Part shown: piece after piece, positions 26,113-35,400 of the stretch
Layout: every line of letters begins with the position of its first letter
Position numbering within the stretch: the first letter of the stretch is position 1
Source: Candidatus Omnitrophota bacterium
GTDB taxonomy: Bacteria > Omnitrophota > Gorgyraeia > Gygaellales > Profunditerraquicolaceae
Length of the DNA: 64,000 nucleotides
NCBI GenBank assembly: GCA_028712175.1
Contig: JAQTQQ010000003.1
Coordinates: 71,093 to 135,092 of the forward strand
Direction: 5' to 3'
Notes under the pieces: generated by a model
What the model was told of the DNA's origin: nothing
Database searches by the model: none
The model's input: the letters and a program-made list of their open reading frames with translations, nothing else
Made by a program: the position numbers and the translations under genes

Positions 26113-26937
26113 ATGGTGGTACAAAACAACCTTCGTAAACCAGTTGTAGCCGGACAATTCTATCCCCGAGATGCAAAAGGGCTTAATAAAGTAATTTCTT
26201 CTTTTGCTGATAAGGAAGGGCAAAAGCGGGATGCAATCGGTGCAATCCTGCCGCATGCAGGGTATGTTTATTCGGGTTTAGTTGCTGCGCAGACTGTTTG
26301 TGGAATAAATATTAAGAATAACGTAGTATTATTAGGCACAAACCATACGGGTTTAGGCCCTGAATTTAGTATCATGCCTTCTGGTATATGGCAGACGCCT
26401 CTGGGAGAGTTGGAAGTCAACGCAGAGTTGTCAAATTTGTTTTTGAATAAATCGGTTAACCTTCGTGCTGACATTTTGGCGCATAAAAATGAGCATTCGT
26501 TGGAGGTAGAGTTGCCGATATTGCAGTATTTTAAAAAAACTTTTAAAATCATTCCCATTGCGATCAGATCTTTAAACCTGGGGTTGCTTAAATCCCTGGC
26601 CAAGGAGTTAGCAGAAGTAATTAACGAAAATAACCTGATAAAGTCAACTGTCTTTATAGCAAGCAGCGACCTGACTCATTACGAGCCTCAAGAAATTGCA
26701 GAAAGAAAAGATGCGTTGGCCATTGATGCAATAGTTGCTTTAGATGAGGATGAATTGGGCAGAGTGGTTAACGATGAGCATATATCCATGTGTGGTTTTG
26801 CTCCTGTTGCGGTGTTAATAAAAACGGCAAAACTTCTGGGCGCCAAAGGTGGGCAGTTAATCAAATATCAAACAAGCGGCCAAGCCAGCGGAGATTTTAG
26901 CAGTGTTGTTGGCTATGCCGGAATCACAATCTATTAA
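26113..26937 (+). CDS. Memo1-like protein (AmmeMemoRadiSam system protein B)
   Basis: 274 aa starting ...PVVAGQFYP..., the hallmark N-terminus of the Memo/AmmeMemoRadiSam B family. Conserved His residues (HAGYVYSG, ...HSLEVELP...). Confidence 0.8.
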   Translation: MVVQNNLRKPVVAGQFYPRDAKGLNKVISSFADKEGQKRDAIGAILPHAGYVYSGLVAAQTVCGINIKNNVVLLGTNHTGLGPEFSIMPSGIWQTPLGELEVNAELSNLFLNKSVNLRADILAHKNEHSLEVELPILQYFKKTFKIIPIAIRSLNLGLLKSLAKELAEVINENNLIKSTVFIASSDLTHYEPQEIAERKDALAIDAIVALDEDELGRVVNDEHISMCGFAPVAVLIKTAKLLGAKGGQLIKYQTSGQASGDFSSVVGYAGITIY

Positions 26938-26940
26938 ATT

Positions 26941-27285
26941 ATGGATGAGATAAAAAAGAAAGTAGATGAAAGCTGGAAGAATCAGGTAGAAAAAGAGAAG
27001 CAGGATACTCCGGTAAAAGAAGGATTTATCCCTCCGGAAGCGGATTTTAAATTTTTTATTACCACATTAACCTTGCAGGCTTCCATTGCCCTCGGGCATA
27101 TTGCGAATCCTTCAACCGGTAAAACCGAGAAAGATCCTGCTCAGGCTAAATTCCTTATTGATACCTTAGCAATGTTGCAGGAAAAAACTAAAGGTAATCT
27201 GACTAAAGAGGAAACTGATCTTTTGGAGAATTTGCTTTATGAGTTAAGGCTGGCGTATCTTGGCAAGGAAGAAAATTTAAAATGA
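26941..27285 (+). CDS. DUF1844-like small protein
   Basis: 114 aa. ...FIPPEADFKFFITTLTLQASIALG... motif is typical of the DUF1844 family. Function unknown. Confidence 0.5.
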   Translation: MDEIKKKVDESWKNQVEKEKQDTPVKEGFIPPEADFKFFITTLTLQASIALGHIANPSTGKTEKDPAQAKFLIDTLAMLQEKTKGNLTKEETDLLENLLYELRLAYLGKEENLK

Positions 27286-27434
27286 TTGATAAGGAGCTAG
27301 TTGAAATATTAGCTTGCCCGGGTTGTAAATCTGACGTTGAACTGATAGGCAACAAGATTGTCTGCAAAAAATGCGGTAAAAAATACCCTCTGCGCGGCGG
27401 AGTACCGGTAATGCTAATTGATGAGGCAGAATGA
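27282..27434 (+). CDS. Trm112/YcaR-like small zinc-ribbon protein (unlisted 50-aa ORF)
   Basis: [50 protein letters not shown]. CPxC...C..C plus the GIPVML motif of the Trm112p/DUF343 family. ATG overlaps the upstream stop, and its stop overlaps the aroQ ATG. Confidence 0.7.
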   Translation: MIDKELVEILACPGCKSDVELIGNKIVCKKCGKKYPLRGGVPVMLIDEAE

Positions 27435-27865
27435 AAAAAGTCCTGGTTATTCATGGCCCAAATTTAAACCTTTTAGGTGTCAGAGAACCTGATGTTTACG
27501 GGCGGATAACCTTAGATAAGATAAATCAGATGCTTAAAATCCAGGCTAAGCAGTCTAAAGTTAGTTTGGTCATTAAGCAATCCAACCACGAAGGCCCTAT
27601 TGTTGATTTGATCGGAAAGGCGAAAAAAAATAAATTTGACGCTATTTTGATCAATCCTGCCGCCTATACCCATACAAGCATAGCTGTGCGTGACGCTGTG
27701 GCAGCATGCGGGTTGATTGTGGTAGAAGTCCACCTCTCTAATATTTATTCCCGCGAGGAGTTTAGGCATAAATCTTTAATTAGCCCGGTAGCTAGCGGTA
27801 CAATTATGGGCTTTGGTGCTAAAAGTTACGGTTTAGGTTTGGCCGCCATTCTCGATTTAATTTAA
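27431..27865 (+). CDS. aroQ: 3-dehydroquinate dehydratase type II
   Basis: [22 protein letters not shown]...NHEG... signature. 144 aa. Confidence 0.9.
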   Translation: MKKVLVIHGPNLNLLGVREPDVYGRITLDKINQMLKIQAKQSKVSLVIKQSNHEGPIVDLIGKAKKNKFDAILINPAAYTHTSIAVRDAVAACGLIVVEVHLSNIYSREEFRHKSLISPVASGTIMGFGAKSYGLGLAAILDLI

Positions 27866-27867
27866 AA

Positions 27868-28929
27868 ATGAACTCCCGTTTAAAAAGCATATATTCTACA
27901 TTAGAAGCAAAAAGGCTTGATGGCCTGCTTGTTTCTTTGCCGGCCAATATTTCTTACCTTACCGAGGCCCAAACCCGCGATTCGTATCTATTAGTTTCTA
28001 AAAAACAAAATATTTATTTTACGGATTCCCGTTATACCGAAGAAGCGAATAAATTCTTAAACAATAATGCTATGTTGAAAGAATGTAACGGCTCTGTGTT
28101 TGCCCGTATCGCAGAGTCAATTTTATCCCTTAAGTTGAAAAATGCTGGCATTGAAGAAAGATACCTGCCGTTAGCTGAGTTTAATAAGATTAAAGAGTAT
28201 TCAAAAGGAAAATTCAATTTAATTCCTACACATAGTATAGTTGAAGATAAAAGGATGATTAAGGATGCCACAGAGATTGCTAAACTGCGCAAAGCCGCGC
28301 AAATCACCGCTTCAGCCCTGGAATATATCAAGCGGTTTCTTGCTCCCGGAATAAAAGAGATAGAGGTAGCTGCTGAGCTTGAGCGTTTTATGAGGTATCA
28401 GGGCGCTAGCGGGGCCTCTTTTGATATTATCGTAGCCAGCGGGCCTAATTCCAGCCAGCCGCATCACCTCTCCGGAGAGCGTAGATTAAGGAACAATGAG
28501 CCGGTCCTTATTGATTTTGGAGCTGACTATCAGGGATACAAATCTGACTTGACAAGGGTTTTGTTTTTGGGTAAAATAAATGTTCTTGTGCGTAAAGTTT
28601 ATGACATTGTGCTTAAAGCACAAGAAACTGCCATTAAGAAAATTGCTCCCGGAGCAGAAATGGCTGAAATTGATAGGGTTGCGCGGAGTTATATCGCTAA
28701 AAAAGGGTATGCCAAGCATTTTACGCACAATCTTGGCCATGGTTATGGACTAGAGGTGCATGAGGACCCGCGGATCTCGGGCAACGAAGCCAGTGCAGTC
28801 AGGCCGGGGATGACCTTTACGGTGGAACCGGGGGTATATTTACCCGGAAAATTTGGTATAAGAATTGAGGATATGGTATTAGTGACGGTTAAAGGATGCG
28901 AGGTGTTAAGTGGCGCTATCAATAAATGA
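27868..28929 (+). CDS. Xaa-Pro aminopeptidase / M24 family metallopeptidase
   Basis: N-terminal creatinase-like domain plus a C-terminal pita-bread domain with metal ligands (D...D...H...E...E). 353 aa. Confidence 0.8.
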   Translation: MNSRLKSIYSTLEAKRLDGLLVSLPANISYLTEAQTRDSYLLVSKKQNIYFTDSRYTEEANKFLNNNAMLKECNGSVFARIAESILSLKLKNAGIEERYLPLAEFNKIKEYSKGKFNLIPTHSIVEDKRMIKDATEIAKLRKAAQITASALEYIKRFLAPGIKEIEVAAELERFMRYQGASGASFDIIVASGPNSSQPHHLSGERRLRNNEPVLIDFGADYQGYKSDLTRVLFLGKINVLVRKVYDIVLKAQETAIKKIAPGAEMAEIDRVARSYIAKKGYAKHFTHNLGHGYGLEVHEDPRISGNEASAVRPGMTFTVEPGVYLPGKFGIRIEDMVLVTVKGCEVLSGAINK

Positions 28930-29476
28930 AATTAAATCAGGGGTAACCATTTTAGTGGATGGGGATGTTTATCTCTGCCTTGATGCCCAGCATGTAAAAC
29001 CCGGCAAAGGGGCAGCTTTTGTGCGGGCGCGCCTGCGCAATATGAAAAACGACAACATACAAGAAAAGACCTTTCGCGGAGATGAAAAGATCGAACAGGC
29101 TTTTGTCGAAGAGCGAAAGCTGCAGTATCAGTATTCAAGCGGCGGGCTATTTCATTTTATGGATACAGAGAATTTCGAAGAGATTGCTATTCCTGAGGAC
29201 AAAATCGGAGATAATGTTAAATTGTTAAAAGATAACCTTGAGATTCAAGGTTATTTTTTTAAAGGAGAGAACCTGTCTGTTACCTTGCCTAATTTTATCG
29301 AATTTAACATTATTGAAACTGAACCGGGCATAAAAGGTGATTCATCAAAAAGCGGCACTAAGCCTGCAAAGATTGATACCGGTTCAACTATCCAGGTTCC
29401 TTTATTTATTAATATTGGTGACAAGATTAAGGTTGATACGCGTACCGGCGGCACCTATGTTGAAAGAATTAATTAA
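28910..29476 (+). CDS. efp: Elongation factor P
   Basis: 188 aa. ...VKPGKGAAFVRARLRN... carries the KPGKG loop with the modifiable Lys. Confidence 0.9.
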   Translation: MALSINEIKSGVTILVDGDVYLCLDAQHVKPGKGAAFVRARLRNMKNDNIQEKTFRGDEKIEQAFVEERKLQYQYSSGGLFHFMDTENFEEIAIPEDKIGDNVKLLKDNLEIQGYFFKGENLSVTLPNFIEFNIIETEPGIKGDSSKSGTKPAKIDTGSTIQVPLFINIGDKIKVDTRTGGTYVERIN

Positions 29477-29489
29477 AAGGAGCTTTTAG

Positions 29490-29945
29490 ATGAACATTAA
29501 AGAAATTAAAGAAATGATTAATCTGATGAATGAAAACAGCCTTTCCGAGCTGGAAGTAGAAAAGGATGATATGCGTATTCGCCTTAAAAAAACAGTTAAT
29601 GGAATCGAAGGTTTTGATGGGCAGTTGGTTTTGCAAGGGCAAACTGGTCAAGCCGGAGTAAAAATGCAGGCGCCCGCCGCAGTGGAAGATAAAAGTACAA
29701 TTAAGACGGTAGAAATTAAGTCTCCTATGGTGGGCACTTTTTACCGCTCACCCAATCCGGAGGCTGCTGCCTATGCCGAGGTCGGCGCCGTCATTGAACC
29801 CGGACAGGTAATTTGTATTATTGAAGCCATGAAATTAATGAACGAAATAAAGTCAGAGATCAAAGGTAAGATACTTGAAGTATTGGTTGATAACGCTGAA
29901 CCGGTAGAATTCGGCCAGCCTTTATTCCTTATTGAGCCGCTTTAG
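29490..29945 (+). CDS. accB: Acetyl-CoA carboxylase biotin carboxyl carrier protein
   Basis: C-terminal biotinyl domain with the EAMKLMNEI biotin-Lys motif. Confidence 0.85.
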   Translation: MNIKEIKEMINLMNENSLSELEVEKDDMRIRLKKTVNGIEGFDGQLVLQGQTGQAGVKMQAPAAVEDKSTIKTVEIKSPMVGTFYRSPNPEAAAYAEVGAVIEPGQVICIIEAMKLMNEIKSEIKGKILEVLVDNAEPVEFGQPLFLIEPL

Positions 29946-29954
29946 TAATATAAG

Positions 29955-31316
29955 ATGTTCTCCAAAATCCTCATTGCTAACCGAGGCGAAATCGCCTTAA
30001 GAATAATCCGTGCCTGTCATGAATTGGGCATCCGTACTGTGGCTGTCTATTCTCAGGCCGACCGTTCGAGCCTTCATGTGCGTTTTGCCGATGAAGCTAT
30101 TTGTATCGGCCAATCTTCAAGCTCAAGCAGCTATTTAAATATTCCAGCAATTATCAGTGCCGCAGAAATTACCGATGTCGAAGCGATCCATCCGGGTTAT
30201 GGTTTTCTCGCCGAGAATGCGCATTTTGCGGAAATATGTGAATCTTGCAAAATTGCTTTTATAGGGCCTACTCCCGAGAATATGCGGCTTATGGGAGATA
30301 AAATGGCTGCGCGTACCACTATGCAGAAGGCAGGCCTTCCTATCGTCCCGGGAAGCCGCGCGATTATTAAAAATAAAGAAGAAGCGCTTAAGACTGCCAA
30401 GTCAATCGGTTATCCTGTTATTATTAAGGCCGCTGCCGGGGGCGGAGGGAAAGGGATGCGTATCTGCCATAATGATTTGACCCTGGTTTCCAGTTTATTG
30501 ACTGCGCAAACCGAGGCAGAGGCCAATTTTGGAAATTCCAGTGTTTATATAGAGAAATATATTGAGCGCCCGCGTCATATTGAAGTACAAATTATTGCTG
30601 ATCGTTCCGGGCATATCCTGCAGCTTGGCGAAAGAGACTGCAGTATCCAACGCAGGCATCAGAAGTTGCTTGAAGAATCGCCTTCTCCTGTTGTTGACAG
30701 CAAGATGCGCCGCAGGCTGGGGGAATTGGTCTTAAAAGGAATGAAATCTATTAATTATCAGAGCTGCGGTACGATTGAATTCCTTTTGGATGAGAAAACA
30801 AACAATTTTTATTTTATGGAGATGAATACGCGTATTCAGGTTGAGCATCCAGTTACCGAGATGGTTACAGGTATTGACCTTATTAAAGAACAAATCCGGG
30901 TCGCAAGCGGTGAAAGGCTTAAGTTTAGCCAGGAGGATATTCAAATCAGGGGTAATGCTATTGAGTGCCGCATTAATGCCGAAGACCCGGATGCTAATTT
31001 TATGCCTTCCCCCGGAAAAATCGAAAGTTTAATCCTCCCTGGTGGTCCGAATGTGCGCGTAGATACGCATATTTATGCGGGATATGAAATACCGCCTTAT
31101 TACGACTCGTTATTAGCCAAACTTATCGTGCGCGGCAATAACCGTAATGAGGCGATTAAAACTATGCGCAGGGCTCTAAGTGAGTTTTATATTTCACCTG
31201 TTAAAACTACCATACCTTTTCACCTTAGATTAATGGATAATCCTTTATTTAAAAAGGGCGATATTTCTACGCATTTTGTTCAGGAACTTTTAGCAACCGA
31301 AGGAAAGGGCGAATAA
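29955..31316 (+). CDS. accC: Biotin carboxylase
   Basis: 453 aa ATP-grasp enzyme. [21 protein letters not shown].... Glycine-rich loop at GGGGKGMR. Confidence 0.9.
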   Translation: MFSKILIANRGEIALRIIRACHELGIRTVAVYSQADRSSLHVRFADEAICIGQSSSSSSYLNIPAIISAAEITDVEAIHPGYGFLAENAHFAEICESCKIAFIGPTPENMRLMGDKMAARTTMQKAGLPIVPGSRAIIKNKEEALKTAKSIGYPVIIKAAAGGGGKGMRICHNDLTLVSSLLTAQTEAEANFGNSSVYIEKYIERPRHIEVQIIADRSGHILQLGERDCSIQRRHQKLLEESPSPVVDSKMRRRLGELVLKGMKSINYQSCGTIEFLLDEKTNNFYFMEMNTRIQVEHPVTEMVTGIDLIKEQIRVASGERLKFSQEDIQIRGNAIECRINAEDPDANFMPSPGKIESLILPGGPNVRVDTHIYAGYEIPPYYDSLLAKLIVRGNNRNEAIKTMRRALSEFYISPVKTTIPFHLRLMDNPLFKKGDISTHFVQELLATEGKGE

Positions 31317-31670
31317 ATGAATCCCGATGATTTCAGGAATGAGTTAGGTGTTCTAAGGATACATAAGAATGTTGTTTCTTCAATCTCCTCGATTGCCGCT
31401 ATCGAGATTGAAGGGGTTAAGCGCGTGGGTAAAGATTTTAAGAGCACGCTCATTGAATTAGCCGGCCACAAATTTTCTTCCGCGATAAAAGTGGAGATTT
31501 CCAAAAATGAAGAGGTAAGAGTGGAGATCCCTTTGATTGTTAAGTACGGTTATAACATTCCTGAAGTTGCAAAGAATGTGCAGGAAAATGTGCGTTGCGC
31601 ATTAGAAAAGATGAGCAATCTTTCCATAAAGGATATTAATGTAAATGTGCAGGGAATAGAAAGGGGGTAG
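31317..31670 (+). CDS. Asp23/Gls24 family envelope stress protein
   Basis: 117 aa. The N-terminal ...LRIHKNVVSSISSIAAIEIEGV... region matches the Asp23 family. Confidence 0.8.
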   Translation: MNPDDFRNELGVLRIHKNVVSSISSIAAIEIEGVKRVGKDFKSTLIELAGHKFSSAIKVEISKNEEVRVEIPLIVKYGYNIPEVAKNVQENVRCALEKMSNLSIKDINVNVQGIERG

Positions 31671-31674
31671 AGTA

Positions 31675-32283
31675 ATGAGATTTTTTACTACATTAGGTAT
31701 TATATTTTATGCTGCCGTTATTATTATAATTGGGTTGGCATTGGTTGTGTTTGCGTTTAATTTACTGCTCCCCCAGGATATCAATAACCTCCTTGTTTAT
31801 GCTCAAAGCAATAACAATTCAAGAATTGCTGTCGGCCTAAGCGGTGCGCTTTTGATTTTAATCAGTTTTTCTTTTGCCCAGATTATTTTAGGAAAATTCC
31901 AGCGGGAGAAAACAATTGCTTTTACTACTTCAAGCGGGCAGGTGACAATTTCGCTTTCGGCGGTAGAGGATTTAATCCGCAGGCTGGCGGGAGTAATCCC
32001 GGAGGTAAAAGAATTGCGTCCGAATGTCGTGGCAAATAAAAAGGGCATTATCGTAGATATGCGCGTAGTATTGCGCTCAGAAGCAAATATCCCTGAGTTG
32101 ACAAGCAGGCTTCAGGATATTTCAAAATCGAAGATCCAGGAAGTATTGGGCCTTGAAGAGCAAATTATTATCAGGATTCACGTCGCTAAAATTGCTCATG
32201 ATGAAAAAGATGATCGTAAAAAGAAAGAATTGGATAAGGATGACCGGCCAACTTTACCATTTGGCGGATATGGCCGTGTTTAG
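31675..32283 (+). CDS. Membrane protein, possible Asp23-anchoring (AmaP-like) partner
   Basis: N-terminal TM helices followed by a soluble domain. Lies immediately downstream of the Asp23 gene. No catalytic motifs. Confidence 0.4.
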   Translation: MRFFTTLGIIFYAAVIIIIGLALVVFAFNLLLPQDINNLLVYAQSNNNSRIAVGLSGALLILISFSFAQIILGKFQREKTIAFTTSSGQVTISLSAVEDLIRRLAGVIPEVKELRPNVVANKKGIIVDMRVVLRSEANIPELTSRLQDISKSKIQEVLGLEEQIIIRIHVAKIAHDEKDDRKKKELDKDDRPTLPFGGYGRV

Positions 32284-32303
32284 TTAGAAGGAGGATAAAG
32301 GAA

Positions 32304-33335
32304 ATGGCAAGGATTGGTATTTTAACAGGTGGCGGTGATTGCCCCGGACTAAATCCGGTTATTCGCGCGGTTGTGCGCAAAGCGTTAATTGAAGGTTATG
32401 AAATCGTAGGCATTAAGAACGGCTGGAAAGGCCTGGTTGAAAACGACACTATGGCTCTAAACATAGATGCGGTTTCAGGGATTCTTCCTAAAGGAGGGAC
32501 TATTTTAGGAACTAGCCGTACTAATCCGTATAAAAAAGAAGGCGATCTTGCTAAGGTTAAAGATAATTTTAAAAAACTCGGTTTAGACGCTTTAATTGCT
32601 GTGGGAGGAGAAGACACTTTGGGGGTTGCTTTTAAATTAACCAAAGACGGTATCCCCGGTATCGTCGGAGTACCTAAAACTATAGATAATGATTTATCGG
32701 CTACTGATTATACCTTTGGTTTTGATACTGCTTTAAATGTGGCAACTGAATGTATCGACCGTTTGCACACTACGGCAGAGAGCCATCATCGTATTATCGT
32801 AGCCGAGGTTATGGGTAGGCACGCCGGCTGGATTGCTACAGAGGCTGGAATTGCCGGAGGCGCCGATGTGATTTTGATTCCCGAGATCCCCATTGATTTG
32901 GATGAAGTATGCGCTGTGATTAAAAAAAGGCATTCAAGAGGCAAGACTTTTAGTATTGTTGTCGTTGCCGAAGGCGCCCAATTTAATGATGGCTCTATGG
33001 TTACACAAGAGAAAAAACTTGATGCATTTGGCCATGTGAGGTTAGGCGGTATCGGAGAAGAGTTAGCCGCGCAAATTGAGAAAAGAACAGGTTTTGAAAC
33101 CCGCGTCAGCGTTTTGGGGCATATACAAAGAGGCGGTTCTCCGACTGCGTTTGACCGCGTTTTAGGCACGCGTTTAGGGGTAAAAGCGGTAGAGCTGGTG
33201 AAGGCCAAGAAGTTCGGTAAAATGGTGGCATTGTCCGGAATTAAAATTATCGAAGTCCCGCTGGAAGATGCGGTAAAAGAACTAAAAACGGTGGATATGG
33301 AGCTTTATAATATTGCCAAGGTATTTTTTGGATAA
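32304..33335 (+). CDS. pfkA: 6-phosphofructokinase
   Basis: MARIGILTGGGDCPGLNPVIRAVV... and GGEDTLGVA motifs. 343 aa. Confidence 0.85.
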   Translation: MARIGILTGGGDCPGLNPVIRAVVRKALIEGYEIVGIKNGWKGLVENDTMALNIDAVSGILPKGGTILGTSRTNPYKKEGDLAKVKDNFKKLGLDALIAVGGEDTLGVAFKLTKDGIPGIVGVPKTIDNDLSATDYTFGFDTALNVATECIDRLHTTAESHHRIIVAEVMGRHAGWIATEAGIAGGADVILIPEIPIDLDEVCAVIKKRHSRGKTFSIVVVAEGAQFNDGSMVTQEKKLDAFGHVRLGGIGEELAAQIEKRTGFETRVSVLGHIQRGGSPTAFDRVLGTRLGVKAVELVKAKKFGKMVALSGIKIIEVPLEDAVKELKTVDMELYNIAKVFFG

Positions 33336-33350
33336 TCGCCGGGAGAAAAA

Positions 33351-33929
33351 ATGCGTGAGAGAATAAAAGATATACTTTTGGAGAGTATACAGGTTAAAGA
33401 AGAGATTTTGCGTAACCAGATAGAATCAATTGCCCAGATTGCCGAACTTATGATTGATTGTTTGAGGAAAGACGGCAAAGTAATTGTTTTTGGCAACGGG
33501 GGTTCGGCTAGCGACAGCCAGCATATCGCCGCAGAACTGGTCGGCCGTTTTAAAAAGGACCGTTCGGCATTAGCCGGCGTGGCCTTGACCACCAATACTT
33601 CCATACTTACTTCTCTGGCCAATGATTATGGGTATGATGTGGTTTTTTCCCGCCAGGTTGAGGCATTAGGGAAGAAAAATGATGTAGTCTTGGCAATTTC
33701 AACCAGCGGAAAGGCAAAAAACGTTTCTTTAGGAATTAAACAGGCTAAGAAAATGGGAATTAAAACCGTAGCCTTAAGCGGCGGTGACGGAGGTGAGATA
33801 GTAAAATTAGCCGACGTATCTTTAGTTGTACCGTCAAAAATAACCGCAAGGATTCAAGAGGCCCATATTACCATTGCCCATATAATATGCGAAATGATCG
33901 AACAAGAACTTTGTCAGGAACAAAAATAA
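33351..33929 (+). CDS. gmhA: Phosphoheptose isomerase (SIS domain)
   Basis: ...VFGNGGSASDSQHIAAELVGRF... SIS signature. 192 aa. Confidence 0.8.
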   Translation: MRERIKDILLESIQVKEEILRNQIESIAQIAELMIDCLRKDGKVIVFGNGGSASDSQHIAAELVGRFKKDRSALAGVALTTNTSILTSLANDYGYDVVFSRQVEALGKKNDVVLAISTSGKAKNVSLGIKQAKKMGIKTVALSGGDGGEIVKLADVSLVVPSKITARIQEAHITIAHIICEMIEQELCQEQK

Positions 33930-34396
33930 CCACGCTTTCCGTTCTTAGGCGTAAGGTTGAGAAACTTAGGCGTAAAGGTAATCGCATAGTTTTTACCAAT
34001 GGCTGCTTTGATATTTTGCATTATGGACACGTTAAATACCTGGAAGATGCAAAACTTAAAGGAGATTATCTGATTGTTGCGCTTAACAGCGATTTATCCA
34101 TTAAGAAAATCAAGGCCAAAGGCAGGCCGGTTATAAGGCAGATGGACCGTTTAAAAACAGTGGCAGCGCTTGAAAGCGTGGATTTTGTTATTTTGTTTAA
34201 TGAGGATAATCCGCTTAAATTAATTAAGGCGCTTAAGCCGGATGTCCTGATAAAGGGTGCGGACTGGAGCAAGAATAAAATAATCGGTGCCGATTTTGTA
34301 GAAAGTTACGGTGGTAAGGTGCTTACCGTAAATTTAGTTAAGAACCGCTCAACCAGCGCAATAATTGATAAAATTGCCAGGAACTTCTCGGGATAA
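33887..34396 (+). CDS. D-glycero-beta-D-manno-heptose 1-phosphate adenylyltransferase (HldE domain II / RfaE2)
   Basis: Cytidylyltransferase-like ...IVFTNGCFDILHYGHVKYL... Overlaps gmhA by 43 nt, so the start is uncertain. Confidence 0.75.
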   Translation: MRNDRTRTLSGTKITTLSVLRRKVEKLRRKGNRIVFTNGCFDILHYGHVKYLEDAKLKGDYLIVALNSDLSIKKIKAKGRPVIRQMDRLKTVAALESVDFVILFNEDNPLKLIKALKPDVLIKGADWSKNKIIGADFVESYGGKVLTVNLVKNRSTSAIIDKIARNFSG

Positions 34397-34817
34397 TAAT
34401 ATTTATCGGATAATTGATGCTAATTTGAACCGGGCCAAAGAAGGCCTGCGGGTATGCGAAGAAATAACCCGGTTTATTTTGGACGATTACAAATTAACGG
34501 CACTTTTTAAAGAGCTCAGGCATAAGGTTGACAATAAGTCCAGGAAAATATACCCTGCCTGGAAGCTAATCAGCCGGCGTAATAGCGGTAGCGACGTGGG
34601 CAAATTAAATTACCGCGGGGAATTAAGCCGGCGTAATTACAGGGATATTTTCTTTGCCAATATCCAGAGAGTTAAAGAATCTTTGCGCGTGCTTGAAGAG
34701 TTTAGCAAGTTAGCTGATTCTCGTGGCGCTTTAGGTTTTAAACAGTTAAGATATAAAGTTTATGAAATCGAGAAATATTCTTTTAAAAAAGTCTCGGATT
34801 TATCTGATCCTAAATAG
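34365..34817 (+). CDS. ThiE-associated N-terminal-type domain protein (separate ORF, different frame from thiE)
   Basis: 150 aa with ...YRIIDANLNRAKEGLRVCEEITRF... This resembles, from memory, the extra N-terminal domain fused to ThiE in some lineages. It overlaps thiE by 56 nt in another frame. Confidence 0.45.
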   Translation: MIKLPGTSRDNNIYRIIDANLNRAKEGLRVCEEITRFILDDYKLTALFKELRHKVDNKSRKIYPAWKLISRRNSGSDVGKLNYRGELSRRNYRDIFFANIQRVKESLRVLEEFSKLADSRGALGFKQLRYKVYEIEKYSFKKVSDLSDPK

Positions 34818-35400
34818 GAAAAATAAAAATAGCCGTTCTTTAGAAAAAATATTCTCTGATTTGTGTTGCGGGGGAGTTGATTTGATTCAGTTGAGGGATA
34901 AGGGAAGCGCAAAGAAGGATGTATTAAGCTTTTCCCTTAAGCTATCGAAATACCTGGATAGCTCAAAAACGCTCTTTATAATTAATGACTATGCCGATGT
35001 GGCTTTGTTGGCTAAAGCTGACGGAGTTCACCTTGGGCAGGATGATCTTTCCGTAAAAAAGGCAAGAAAAATATTAGGCAGGGATAAAATTATCGGTGTT
35101 TCCTGCCATACTTTGAAGCAGGCCGTGAATGCTCAAAAAGACGGAGCGGATTATATCGGCATCGGCCCGGTATATCCAACTCCTACAAAGCCCATGTATA
35201 AGGCGATAGGTTTAAGCGTTTTACGCAGGCTTAAAGGCAGGATCAAGATTCCTTATTTTGCCATAGGGGATATTCATAGCGGCAACATTAAAGATATTGC
35301 GGCTAGCGGTGCAAGGCGCATTGCAGTGTGCAGGGCGATTTTAAAAGCTAAAAACCCTAAGCTTGAAGCAAAGAGGCTTAATAGATTGTTGATAAAATAA
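34762..35400 (+). CDS. thiE: Thiamine-phosphate synthase
   Basis: ...IYLILN.... ...ADGVHLGQDD.... ...IGIGPVYPT.TK.... 212 aa. Confidence 0.8.
   Translation: MKSRNILLKKSRIYLILNRKNKNSRSLEKIFSDLCCGGVDLIQLRDKGSAKKDVLSFSLKLSKYLDSSKTLFIINDYADVALLAKADGVHLGQDDLSVKKARKILGRDKIIGVSCHTLKQAVNAQKDGADYIGIGPVYPTPTKPMYKAIGLSVLRRLKGRIKIPYFAIGDIHSGNIKDIAASGARRIAVCRAILKAKNPKLEAKRLNRLLIK

Noticed and set aside
34250-34400. TPP riboswitch upstream of thiE-N/thiE/thiC
   Set aside because: No CTGAGA...ACCTGATCTGGATAATGCCAGCGTAGGGA-like thi-box could be found. The region is coding (hldE 3' end).
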